Assembly: GCF_006345805.1 (NCBI RefSeq)
Contig: NC_042997.1
Location: forward strand, 72,106,001 to 72,170,000
Length of the DNA stretch: 64,000 bases
Source of the DNA: Octopus sinensis
Taxonomy: Eukaryota
Direction: 5' to 3'
The translations under genes were made by a program, and so were the position numbers. Position 1 is the stretch's first letter; every line of letters begins with the position of its first letter. Below the pieces are notes generated by a model. That model searched no databases. It was not told the origin of the DNA and saw only the letters and a program-made list of their open reading frames with translations. Shown in pieces: positions 1 through 12,441 of this stretch.

Positions 1-102
1 CAACAAAATATAAAGTAAATGTTTAAATCAAAAGCTGGAGATGTTGTTTCAGAGAATTTTACCTCCCTGTCAGATGACTGTTGTTTATATAAAATATATT
101 AG

Positions 103-158
103 ACCTTGTTCCTACTCTATTTTCTACATGTAAAAAATTTCCTTTCAAGTATTCCAAA
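103..158 (+). CDS. possible host-gene exon (unidentified), reads xLVPTLFSTCKKFPFKYSK
   Basis: tattAG acceptor at 101-102, strong AAA|GTGAGT donor at 159, open in one frame (phase 1 in, phase 0 out), not recognisable as TE; no homology recognised. Confidence 0.25.
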
Positions 159-683
159 GTGAGTAGAACCAAACCATAAAGTTTCGTGCTGCGCATTTGT
201 AAGGTCAAAATATACTTCAAAATGACCTTCAAATTAAATACTAGGATTGTTTGGCTTTATTCTAAAAGGTAAACATTATGACAAATACTTATGCGTCATT
301 AATGGTACAATATGATGGAACTTGCATATGAATCTTAGCGGGATGTCATGGGATTGTTTGCCAAAGAAATATATATATAATCTGTTGAAATGTTTGTAAC
401 AGAAGAGAATGAGACCACAAATAAGTTTTATCCGTTAAAACAATTACACACACACACACACACATGCACACACCCATACAAAAATTTGTCTGACAAACAC
501 AAAATATATTTGAAGAGAGACAAAGCGAGACACAGAGTCTATGTGAACGAAGAAGTTTGGTATAAGAAATATAAGCGTAGAAAGGACATGCGAATATGAA
601 GCAAAAGTTACAAAGGTTCTAAGTTCGATCCCATAGTGCAGCACACACATATACATATGTATGTATATGTGCCTGTGGGTTAT

Positions 684-715
<32 letters not shown>

Positions 716-716
716 A

Positions 717-773
<57 letters not shown>

Positions 774-784
774 CACATACATTA

Positions 785-1360
785 TCGGGTTAGAAAACGG
801 TGAGAGATCTAATGGATACAAATTAATTTATTAATTAACATATTCACTCTACAATTGTTTCATTTCACAATCAAAATTACAGCTACAAAACATATATAAA
901 TATATATAATTTGTCATTTTAAAATACGTTGGATGGAAAATCACCAGATCCTTTGTTCGCATTAATTCTTTTCCATCAAAGGTATTTTAAAATGCAAAAT
1001 TATATATTCATATATGTTTTGTAGTTTTAATTTTGGTTGTGAAATGAAACAATTGTAGGTGAATATGTTAAATAATTATTAGATTAATTTATATAAGGTG
1101 GCGAGGTGGCAGAAACTTTAGCATGCCGGGCGAAATGCTAGGCGATATTTCGTCTGTCTTTACGTTTTGAGTTTTATATTCCGTCGAGGTCAACTTTGCC
1201 TTTTATCCTCTCGGGGTCGATGAATTAAGTACCAGTTGCGTACTTGGGTCAATCTAATTGACTGCCACCCCCATTCCAGAAATTTCGGGCCTTATGCCTA
1301 GAGTAGAAACGAATGAATTAATTTGTATCCATTAGATCTCTGTTTTCTAACTCGATAATA
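785..1360. mobile_element. non-autonomous element with long inverted arms (probably PLE-terminus derived), right arm split by a SINE
   Basis: 785-955 is reverse-complementary to ~975-1090 plus 1312-1360; abuts (TA)n; another copy of one arm at ~63725-63885. Confidence 0.7.
1097..1310 (+). mobile_element. tRNA-derived octopus-type SINE (family A)
   Basis: head ggtggcgaggtggcagaaac..ttagc, gttttgagtt..attccgtcgaggtc, ggggtcgat..aagtaccagttg body shared with copies at 8343-8941 and 40661-41870. Confidence 0.85.
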
Positions 1361-1727
1361 ATATTTCATATTTTACGATATTTTATATAATATATTCATT
1401 GAAGAAATATATCTTCAGAATATAATATATCAAACCAGTGTATCTTGGATAAAAAATATCCCTATAAGCTTTCTTCCAAGGAATCTAGTGCTCTTATCTG
1501 AGTTTTTCCTTGGGGCTGGCCAGAAATTTGCCGAAATTGCAAAGATAATTTGGAACTCGACTGAGGAAAGAAAACTTCGAATGACACGTCCGTGTTTTTT
1601 CTTCTCCCTTTTTTGTGTCATCTAGCTGTCTGGATGTTTTGCGTTCTTGTCCCATTTTTTGTATTCCTTTACATATATATATATTATATATATATATATA
1701 TGAATGAATGAATATATATCTAATCTG

Positions 1728-1935
1728 GCAACTGGCACTCCGTCGTTTACGACGACGAGGGTTCCAGTCTACTCGTGACATTCACAGACACGTGTACCCT
1801 TAACTTAGTTCTCAGGGAGCTTCAGCGAAACAGAGTGTGACAAGGCTGTGCCATCTTAGTCGACTGGAGCAACGTGAAATAAATTATCTTGCAGAAGGGC
1901 ACAACGAATATCCTAACCACGAAGTCACGCGCCTG
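1728..1935 (-). mobile_element. SINE fragment (family C)
   Basis: minus strand reads ..tttcacgttgctccagtc..gttaagggtacacgtgtctg..ctggaaccctcgtcgtcgtaaacgacggagtgccag, recalled as a common octopus SINE 3' part. Confidence 0.6.
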
Positions 1936-1949
1936 AAGAACGAACGCTG

Positions 1950-4900
1950 GTAAAACAACAAAGATTTCTTCCTCAATTATGAAACACAATTCATATTAAG
2001 CCATAAATCCCAAAACCCATTCATAAAAGGACCCATAACGAAGACTTCCACTGTCCCCCATAAACACCACCCCCAAACCACACCTCAAACACACATACTC
2101 TCCAAACCCCCTCCACACAGGACAAAACCTCCCCCAACCATACAAAAAGCCCTTTTCCCCCTCGAAAAAATTCAAGCAAGACCCACCTCAAAACCTGGAT
2201 CGTTAATCATTCTAACCCTCCTTCCCCACCGACAAGAATCATCAATAATACGCTAGGAATTATTACCTTCTCAATGCTCCCCACTCTCACACTAATAACA
2301 AACAAGGTATCCTACCCACACCTATACATAGAATCCCCACACAACGAACCCCATACAGTCCACCCAATCAACACCAACATTCCTGCCACATTTCCTACAG
2401 ATCTTCAAACCCTCACATCCCACACCAACATAATCACTATAACTACATACCCCCCTACAACCTCCTATACAGTCTACCCTACAAACACCCACAAACCCAC
2501 CACATTTCTCACAAAACCTTAAACCATCACATCCCATACCAACATAAGCACTACAACTACCTACCCCCTTCCAACCTCCCCACCCAACAACACCCCTAGA
2601 CCTACAACCAGAACATTAATAATCAATACACCCCTTACTTCAACAGTCATTTTTTAGACAGAGTGGAAAAAGACAGGCACCACCGCTAACTCAGACCCAA
2701 AATAAGAAAACAAAAATAATAAACCTCTCTAATATAACCCTTACACCAACCCAAATTAACATCCTAGCCAGAGGCTTGAAATTCACACCTACCCCAAGAA
2801 CACCCAAGAACACCCAAGGATGACATTTCTGAATTTTGCAGAAAACTTCGGTTAACAGAAGCTTTTACAGACCTCAACAATGAGGATGATTCAATTGTCC
2901 AAAACAAAAGTAACTACCTACCATCAAAAGGAAGAAATAAAGCACTGTACGATTTTTGCAACCACATCCAGAGTCTCCCCTTTACCCCATACAAAACCAA
3001 GGTTAAGTCCAACTTTAATAGGGATGAATGGAAAAACCTACGAGACCTACAACAGGACAAAAGCCTTACTATCAAAGATGCCGACAAAGGTAGTACTGTG
3101 GTCCTTGTGGACACGGATTTTTATAAACACCTAGTGCTTTCCTTGCTAAACAACAACACTTTCTATGAGGTAATCACCAACTATAAACAACAAAAAACAC
3201 TAAAAAACCTCACCACCCTCATACTCCAACACGGTCAAGGGCTCACGGAAAGAATGCAAGCCCAGCCTCTTTTATGGCCTTCCTAAAGTCCATAACCGAA
3301 GCCTGCAAACTCTCCTCTGACATCCACATCAACATCAAAGCACCGGAGGACCTAAAACTAAGGCCCATCGTAGCTGGCACCTCCTGCGAAACACACCGCT
3401 TGAGCAATTTCCTGGACATCCTTTTGAAACCTTTCCTTAGTCACATCTACTTAATGGAAAACTGGAAAAGATACTTAGATGATTGTGTCATCATATGGAA
3501 AAAATCTTATGAAAAGCTTCTGGAATTCAAAACCACACTGAACAACATACATCCCAACATTCAATTCACTATGGAATTCAGCAAACATCATCTCCCTTTC
3601 CTTGATCTCCTAATTATAAAAACACCTAACAACCAAATCACAACAGACGTCTTCCACAAACCTACAGACTCACAACAATACCTCCTCTTCAGTTCATGCC
3701 ACCCAAAACACACCAAGATAAATATCCCTTTCAACTTAGCTAAAGGGATATGCACCATTGTCTCGGATCCCAAAACTCGAGAAATACGCCTTCAAGACCT
3801 CAAAAAACACTATTACAACGCCAATATCCCTCCACACTCATAGTCTATGGAATAAAACGTGCCAAAAATAATACACTGAAAACCACCCAACACAGTAACA
3901 CACCCAACCCCAAAATACTTCCATACATTTCCGCCCACAACCCCAAAAATATCGAAGCATACACCACAATCATACAAAACCTCCCCTTACTGTCCACAGA
4001 CCCAAAAATGAATAATATTATCAATACTCATAAAATCCTTAAATGCAAAAGGCAACATAAATCTTTGAAAAAACTCTTAACAAATGCCAAACTTCACACA
4101 CCACATCCATCCCCATCAGCTAAAAAATGTGCACGCCCTAACTGTGGTACCTGCCCCTTCCTACTTGGAGGCTCTGAATTTACTTTCAAACAAGGAACAA
4201 AGTTTAAAATCAAGACCAACTTCTCCTGTTCTTCCGAGAACCTCATCTACGTTCTCACATGCGCCCGTTGCCAACACAATTATGTTGGACAAACGAGCCT
4301 TCCTTTACGTAGAAGAGTATCGGTCCATAAAGAACAGATAAATCTCCCACAATACCGTCAAATTCCACAAAGTAGCCACATAGACTCTTGCGCTAGAGAT
4401 AAAAATCCTAAATTTCACATATTCCCTTTCTACCAATGTGAAGACGGAATCTCTACACAAGAAAGAATCAACAAGGAGAATTTTTTAATCGAAAAATTTC
4501 AAACGCATCTTAATATGCAAACTCCACGATGACCATACTCCTCTTTCTAGCATCCTATCTGACAAAAAATTGATATAAGCATCCTGTTTGACAAAAAATC
4601 CATCATTCCAATTAAAGAGCATAAAATCCACAGAGTTGTCTCCCCTTACTCACAGGAACTGGATAACTCCTACCCCGTTTCCTGTTTTGACACACATTTA
4701 CCCAACGCTTTAAACTAATCACTACATTTAAACACATGGATCCTAATCCTCCAAAAAAGCTTTTCCAAGGACTATTATTGAACTCTAAAAGCATAAAGAC
4801 TCTACAATGTATTGGTATACTTATTTATTAATTTTTGTATATACGTATTATTATTTTTTTGAAAAAATCATTGTAAATTTCTTTTTTCCCCTTCCTCAAT

Positions 4901-5070
4901 TTTAAAACAATTTCTTTTCCCCTTCCAAATCTTGAAAATTTGCCTTGCGATGAAAAACCGGTTTGATTTATAATTTTTTCTTTTTTAATTTTCCATAAAC
5001 CAATTTTTATAAAAATTTACTTTCAATTCTGCCTTATTATAATTTATACTATAAATCCTCATTGTGACTA
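1950..5070 (+). mobile_element. Penelope-like element, Neptune-type, degraded
   Basis: IINLSNITLT..LARGLKFTPTP; LRPIVAGTSCETHRLSNFLD; YLDD; FLDLLI..TDVFHKPTDSQQYL..SCHPKHTK; CxxxxCxxC then NLIYVLTCARCQHNYVGQT (GIY-YIG); frameshifts and internal RT deletion. Confidence 0.92.
3274..4532 (+). pseudogene. PLE reverse transcriptase (C-part) + GIY-YIG endonuclease remnant
   Basis: ORFs 3274-3843 and 3750-4532 overlap with a frameshift near 3800; RT core missing between KPFLSHI and YLMENWKRYLDD. Confidence 0.9.
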
Positions 5071-5165
5071 TATATATATATATATTATATTATATTATAT
5101 AATTATATATATATATCATATATTATATATATATATAATATATAATATATATATATAATATATAT

Positions 5166-5196
<31 letters not shown>

Positions 5197-5247
5197 ATAT
5201 ATAATATATATATATATATATAGTCACAATGAGGATTTATAGTATAA
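5044..5247. repeat. 27-bp perfect inverted repeat flanking a TA-rich tract
   Basis: ttatactataaatcctcattgtgacta (5044-5070) vs tagtcacaatgaggatttatagtataa (5221-5247). Confidence 0.9.
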
Positions 5248-5254
5248 GAGGTTT

Positions 5255-5445
5255 ATATATGCTGCCTTTGAATGTCATATCATATCGCTTCGGCAACATC
5301 TTTTAACTACCATGTCTCGAAGTGATCCCTTGACCAAGTTCGCCCACATGAGGCTGATAACATCATAAGACTTGGCAAACTGCTTCTTGAGCAGCATTAA
5401 TTTTCTGATAAACTTAAATATATGCCCAAAGAAGTCGCTTGCCTC
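5255..5445 (+). mobile_element. R4/Dong-type non-LTR fragment
   Basis: AAFECHIISLRQHLL..LDQVRPHEADNIIRLGKLLLEQH, homologous to the 25700-25815 part of the R4 copy. Confidence 0.6.
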
Positions 5446-5591
5446 CGGATACTTATTGATCAGACCCCGTATATGAGCATGTCTAGATATGCAACTATAT
5501 GCATGAAAATACATACCTAAAACGAACATAGAAATCTGCACGTATACATACATACATGCAGTCAGATAGACAGACAGACAGACATACATAC

Positions 5592-6890
5592 AAGGTTGGT
5601 ATAGAAGGTTTTGCTGACCTACTGCCTCTCCCCTATTTCTGTCACCATGAGCCATCCTTGTTCTTAATCACCGTTAATTCTGACCTATAGAGTGCCAGTT
5701 CTCTCCTGCATCTTTTAAAACTTCTTTCATCTGCAGCCTGCTTCAATACCTTCAATCTATAATTCTCGAAGTCATTTTTAGGTGTTGTCTGATCGTTTTG
5801 CAGAGGACGGAATACACGACATATCTTTCATGTTACTCTTCATCGTTTTCCATTTCTTTTGCATTTCCTTCATCTCCTCCGAAATTCTTCTATCCTGCTG
5901 GCTTGCAGTTTTTGCTTACTATATCCAGCTTTTAAGTTTCTGGACCAGCAAACTGTAGTTCACATCTAGCTTTTCAAATTGACTTCTTGATAGCTTCCTG
6001 GAACTGTTTCACCTCAAAGGCCTTGATGCATTGATTCTTCATTGGACCATTTTCTCTCTGATTTCATTGATCACGATATTTGCCCGTAGCAAGCAATGAC
6101 CACTGCCTGTGTTGAATGGCGCTACTAATGAGACGGCCTGCAATATGCACTGGTTATTGACCAGGATGTAGTGTAGCCAATTTCATTTTTGTGTTGAGCA
6201 TTTGGGGCTATTCAGGTTGCTTCATGTATAGACTGTTCCCCATGTAAAGAGGTCTTGTTTTTACACCAAGCTTTTTAAATCATCAGTGAAAATCGCTCCC
6301 ACACGACCACAAATGCTGGAAGTAGTGTCACCTATTCTTATCAGTGAAATCGAAAATGCTCTCAACCTGATGAAAACAGACAAAGAATCCGGGAAATATG
6401 GTATCACACCAGTGATGTTAAGATGTAGAGGTGAAGAGCTGTGGAAAATCCTCGTTATAAGCTCCAATCGCTACCTGAAAGAGGGTAAAATACCCACACT
6501 GTGGAAAGAGTCAAATACCATCCTACTTCATATGAAAGGTGATAAAAAAATCTGTCGAACCATATGCGTCTATAAGCTGTTTACAAAAGTCATAGCCACC
6601 ATTCTATCGAAGCATCTCGACGACCAACAGTCGAAAGAGCAAGCAGGTTTCCGTAAGAACGATGGATCATGTATTCACAGTAACACAGCTCATAGAATGA
6701 GTGATCGAATACAAGCTTCCTCTGTGTATCTCTTCTGTTGATTACGAAAATGCAGGGTGTCTAGGCACAATACATCTAACTGCTCAAAGGTGCAAACTCT
6801 GAATGCAAATCAGATATAGCTTTGTTATCTCCACCAGTAAGGGTGTCAAGCAAGGAGATGCCATCTGTCCAGAGCTACTTCATCTTCTCA
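5592..6890. mobile_element. RTE-clade LINE with inverted 5' segment (5592-6250 minus; 6258-6890 plus)
   Basis: minus part gives APE C-terminus/linker (IAPNAQHKNEIGY.., LCKTIRQHLKNDFENYRLKVLKQAADE.., FYTNL); plus part FYTKLF..PILISEIENAL..KGDKK..EQAGFR..GVKQGDAICPEL. Confidence 0.8.
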
Positions 6891-7205
6891 ATGTCTTCAA
6901 AACGACTTCCTCTGAGGTCCTTCTTCAGCTTTGGAAACAACCAAAAGTCACAGGAAAAGCGATCCGAAGTGTAGGGAGGGCGAAGCTCAGATTTGATGCT
7001 ATCAGGCTACCAGGATGGAATTGTGAACTCATGCAGGTGTTCTGGCCTTTTGCGATGACATACCTTCTTGAACTCCCTCAAAACTTCCACAAAGTACTCT
7101 TTCTTGACCGTCTGGCCAAAGGGTATTCAGTGGATGTAGGTGATGCCCTTATTGTCATAAGCTTCTCAGTGGACTTGCTTTGTCAGAACTCTTGTACCAG
7201 CGAAA
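6885..7205 (-). mobile_element. mariner transposase C-terminal fragment
   Basis: minus strand encodes GQTVKKEYFVEVLREF.. and PPYTSDRFSCDFWLFPKLKKDLRGSRFEDIEKMK (YSPDLAPCDF motif). Confidence 0.8.
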
Positions 7206-7819
7206 AACATATACAGGGATTATACAAGTTAATCTAGTTTCTGAAATTTAATTGTTCAGTTTAACACATTTCTTGCATAGCGAGCTTCCAGCTTGCCTCC
7301 CCGACCGCATTCTGCAAACTAGTCAGTTATGACAGGCAGTGTTCATTAGGGTGTGCTGAAATTGCTTTTGGAGCAGTTTCCTTTAATTTGGAATAACAAA
7401 ACTTAGCAGGACAACTTAATAGATATGTATTGTAATGATATAATAAAATCACAAAAATCTAGGACAGTTATAACTATCTTTCCCCAAAAAGATCTCAGAA
7501 CCTTGGAATGCACCTCCTGTGGGTGTGTGTGTGTGGTGGGGGCGTATCGCTACGTGATGTTTCTACATCTTCATTAAACTTTCTTTAATAGCTGATATTT
7601 GACAAATGAGTGAGTTTGACGTTGCTCTTCTAGTTTGCGCTTCCTGCCGTGAAGTTGGTTTATCTGGAACATTTGACAGTTTTGTTTGAAGACATCTACA
7701 TCAATCCAATATTGCTCTCGGGTCCTTTGAGAAGATATTGAAGCGCTGTGTTACTCTGTATCCCAAGCTATTGCAATATCTGGTTCTGTATTTTGATGGC
7801 AAGTGTGGGATCTTTGGCA

Positions 7820-7947
7820 CTATGCAAAATACATACATACATACATACAAACAAACATGCATGCATGCATATGTAAGTTTGTATTTATGCATGTATGTAT
7901 GTGTATATTTGTGCACATATGTGAATGTATGAATATGTGTATGCATA

Positions 7948-7999
<52 letters not shown>

Positions 8000-8128
8000 C
8001 ATGTATGTAATATGTATATCGATATCTATATTTATCTCTCTATATATATGCATGTATATATTTATCTCTCTCTATATAATATGCATGTATATATATATAT
8101 ATATGTAATATATATATATATATATATG

Positions 8129-8179
<51 letters not shown>

Positions 8180-8185
8180 ATATAT

Positions 8186-8235
<50 letters not shown>
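7820..8235. repeat. (ATAC)n/(TA)n microsatellite complex
   Basis: direct reading. Confidence 0.95.
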
Positions 8236-8236
<1 letters not shown>

Positions 8237-8342
8237 AGATATATATGAGAGAAAGAGAGAGGTTTCGGTATCCAGAAGACCCAAAATGGTAGGTAAGGCT
8301 ATGAATTGCTAAGGAAAGACCGTAGCTAGGCTCCCGGTTCAA

Positions 8343-8941
8343 TAATATTTATTTCTTTATTTCCCACAGGGAGCTAAAAGTTGAGGGGACAAACAAGTAC
8401 AGACAAAGGAATTAAGTCGATTACATCGACCCCAGTGTGCAAGTGGTACTTATTTAATCGACCCAGAAAGGATGAAAGGTAAAATCGACCTCGGCGGAAT
8501 TTGAACGTAACGGCAGCAAAATACCTATTTCTTTACTACCCACAAGGGGCTAAGCACAGAGAGGACAAACAAGGATAGACAAACGGATTAAGTCGATTAC
8601 ATCGACCCCAATGCGTAACTGGTACTTAATTTATCGACCCCAAAGGATGAAAGGCAAAATCGACCTCGGCGGAATTTGAACTCAGAACGCAGGGCGGACA
8701 AAATACCTATTTCTTTACTACCCACAAGAGGCTAAACACAGAGGCGACAAACAAGGACAGACAGACGGATTAAGTCGATTATATCGATCGTAGTGCGTAA
8801 CTGGTACTTAATTTATCGACCCCGAAAGGATGAAATGCAAAGTCGACCTCGGCGGAATTTGAACTCAGAACGTAGCGGCAGACGAAATACCGCTAAGCAT
8901 TTCGCCCGGCGTGCTAACGATTCTGCCAGCTCGCCGCCTTT
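8343..8941 (-). mobile_element. family A SINE with one tRNA-like head and three tandem ~180-bp body units
   Basis: head ggcggcgagctggcagaatcgttagcacgccgggcgaaatgc at ~8890-8941; body (attccgccgaggtcga..aagtaccagttacgcac..gtgggtagtaaagaaatagg) repeated three times. Confidence 0.9.
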
Positions 8942-9161
8942 CAATAATATTATGAGTAAGGAGGCTAATTTAGGTCGTATGTGAGCATGTATAAGTTAAA
9001 TAATATGAGACAACAAAGCCAAGGCAGTGTGAAATTTCTTGGACATTATAAAGAGAAAGGTAGTTTTTCTCTTTATAAATGTCCTAGAAATCTCACACTG
9101 CCTTGGTTTTGTTGTTTCATTTTAGTTAACACATACACACACACACATGTGTATGTATGTA

Positions 9162-9233
<72 letters not shown>

Positions 9234-9269
9234 ATATATTATATATATATGTATATATCATATGTAGAA

Positions 9270-9800
9270 AAATACAAACTGGGACAAGAACGTAAAACAT
9301 TTAGAAGACGATACAAAAAACATTCGAAGCCTTCAATCTTCAGTCAAGAACCGGATCATCCTAGCAATTTCGGCTGATTAATCTTGAGATCGCTCCGATC
9401 CCGCCAGCCCCAAGGAAAAACTAAGCTACGAGCATTAGATTTCTTGGAAGAAGGATCGAATGTATACGAAACAGGGACAGAAAAACGGACGATGCCACAC
9501 GAATATAAAATACAAAAAACAATAATGGTAAAAACAGGACAAAAACAGCGGGTGTCTTACGACTAATAAACAGGACAAGTTTAGCTGGCGTATTTGGAAA
9601 AAATGCCTTTATCGGTAGACGAAGACAACAATGTTCTCACGGCAGTGGTCGGAGGCCAAAAGGCTGATTTTGAGCCAACAGAGTGTAGCAGTCCTATAAA
9701 GGACGATGTTACTGTTGTTTTAACCCCAGGGAAACATATTTTTCAGCTGGCTATCGACACAGCTTGTGTCCAGGAACCTAGGTTTGTGAGTATCACGTAA
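9270..9800 (-). mobile_element. repeat family X copy 1 (3' end abuts (TA)n; probably PLE terminus)
   Basis: clearly similar to 10865-11230 (gggacaagaacg.., ttcgaag, gccagccccaaggaaaaactaagcta.gagcattagatttcttggaagaa); class inferred from context only. Confidence 0.6.
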
Positions 9801-10365
9801 GGCTAGAAATAGGAGCGACGTCATCCCTTGCAAATGCTATACGGACACATATCCGTTAACGGTTATTTTCAATACTTTTCTCGCTGTTTGGTGCGTTCGT
9901 TTCTTTTTTGCATCTGTTATTTTATTATTGATTTTCTATATCACTGAAGATATATCCTTTAATTTTCCGCTTTTTTTTTTACACGAAATGAGAAAATACT
10001 ATGCGGAACCGTTATTTTAACGAATTATATCTATTTATCATTCGAAGACACATATCTGCATCGTCGGATGACCCTAAACCTGTTGTTAAGTATCCTACTC
10101 GTGAGGGATCGATGCTAGATGTGACGAAACAATTGCAGTGATTAATTATATTCTCGTATCTTCCATTTTTCGTCTTTCATTTACCACATATATATATATA
10201 TATATATATATATGCAATTGGATGCGTGCACATGTGTGTGTGTGTGCGCGCGCGCGAATGGTGTGTGTGTGTATGAGCGTGTGTGTGTAATAAATAATTT
10301 GGACAAAAAGGTATAATTTAGTTATTGTGTGTTTAAATGTTGAGTAGAACATCGGCACAGTTTAG

Positions 10366-10439
10366 GTTACCTGTTGTCAACCGCAGTTGTGGTACACCTC
10401 TGTTGGATCTACTTCAGGTACTCTGCAGTGACAGTTAAG
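10366..10439 (+). CDS. possible host exon encoding hydrophobic xYLLSTAVVVHLCWIYFRYSAVTVK
   Basis: tttAG acceptor (weak pyrimidine tract), AAG|GTAATA donor, open frame; no homology recognised. Confidence 0.18.
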
Positions 10440-10821
10440 GTAATAATATTAATTAATAGTAGGAGATGGATTTCGTTTTAGACTTTTATTAGGGACAACA
10501 TATGTTTTGACAAATCAGTCTGGGTCTATCCAAGTACATTAATAAATAAAAAAAGTCTCCTTAGAGATTATTAGTCTCAGCTGGCTTTTAGTTGTAAGCC
10601 CATCAAGTTAAGGAATGAATAGAAGCAAATAATATTGTCCAAACGCAAAAAATTCAAGTAGGAATTCAAATCTTGCCTTCCAGTTTAGATAAAATGACCT
10701 AATCAGCTTTCGTTGTCATAACTGCTTAGAGAAAAAAGGAAGTAGAAGGAGAAAGGAAGATTAATACTTAGACAAGTAGTTTCATGTTCGTGCCTATACA
10801 TACAGACAGAGGGACAGACAC

Positions 10822-10864
<43 letters not shown>

Positions 10865-10867
<3 letters not shown>

Positions 10868-11630
10868 CAAAATGGGACAAGAACGCAAAACACCCGGACA
10901 GTTAGGTGATACAAAGATAGGACAACAAAACAACCAGATAGATGATACAAAGAAAACAAGGACGGGTCATTCGAAGTTTTCTTTTCTCAGTCAAGTACCA
11001 GATTATCTTCGTAATTTCGGCTGATTATACTTGAGATTACTCCAATCTGGCCAGCCCCAAGGAAAAACTAAGCTAAGAGCATTAGATTTCTTGGAAGAAA
11101 GCAGCGACTGTATACAAAAACAAGGGCGGAAAAAACGGACAATATTAAAGAAATACAATAAAAATAATAACAGGACATAACAACAGGTGTCTTTCGACTA
11201 AGGATGAATTAAATTAAGCTAGCGTGTGTGGAAATGAAGCCTTACGGCAGGGATACGAGTTTTCACAAACACAGGGAGGAATATCGATGTTGGACGGACT
11301 GCGGCCGACCAAGAAAGAAAGAACAGGCTTGGCCGAACGCCGGTCGCATGGGAAGAGGAGAGAGAGAAGTAGAAGCGGAGGGACAGAAGAATTAAGGAGG
11401 GACAAGAAAACATGACAAGGACACAGTGAAGTGAAAAGTGGAGGGAAAGTGAGCAAGAAGAGAAGGAAAACAAATGTGAGAGAGGGGGGAACGAAAGAAC
11501 GAAGAATAGAATGAACGAATAAGCGTGAAAGGGCTGATAGACGGAAATAGAGTCGCAACAAACTTGCTTGCTGTTAAATTATCATTTGTAAGTTTGCGGT
11601 ATGCATTACGTCTCTTACCTTCGTTTATAC
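10865..11630 (-). mobile_element. repeat family X copy 2
   Basis: diverged homolog of 9270-9600, also abutting (TA)n. Confidence 0.6.
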
Positions 11631-12370
11631 ATGTGAAATCTGTGATGAGCCTAAATGACGCTGATGACCTGGAGTCGCCTCTGGTATACATCATACATAT
11701 CTACATACATACATATATACATACATACATACATATATATACATATATATATATATACACATGCACATACATACATGTATACATACATATATATACATAC
11801 ATATACACACACATACATAAAGATGCGTGTAGATATGCACATGTATCTACACACACATATACATATATGTATATATATATTTATATATGTATCCATTCAC
11901 ATACACATACACATGCGTATATACATATATACACACATGCATGCATATATAGATACATACACACACACACACACACATATATACATATACTCTTTTTACT
12001 CTTTTACTTGTTTCAGTCATTTGACTGCGGCCATGCTGGAGCACCACCTTTTAGTACTTATTCTATCGGTCTCTTTTTGCCGAACCGCTAAGTGACGGGG
12101 ACGTAAACACACCAGCATCGGTTGTCAAGCAATGCTAGGGGGACAAACACAGACACACAAACACACACACATATGCATATATATACATATATTCGACAGG
12201 CTTCTTTCAGTTTCCGTCTACCAAATCCACTCACAAGGCATTGGTCGGCCCGGGGCTATAGCAGAAGACACTTGCCCAAGATGCCACGCAGTGGGACTGA
12301 ACCCGCAACCGTGTGGTTGGTTAGCAAGCTACTTACCACACAGCCACTCCTGCGCCTGGTATATATATAT

Positions 12371-12441
<71 letters not shown>

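Noticed and set aside
5445-5471. Mariner element paired with 6885-7205
   Set aside because: The TIR faces left (right-end orientation), so it cannot close the minus-strand mariner fragment; it is an orphan TIR
8890-8941. tRNA genes
   Set aside because: tRNA-like segments are SINE heads continuing into SINE bodies; no complete cloverleaf seen
11660-11690. CTGATGA (also 25680, 35856) as hammerheads
   Set aside because: No stem II + GAAA downstream
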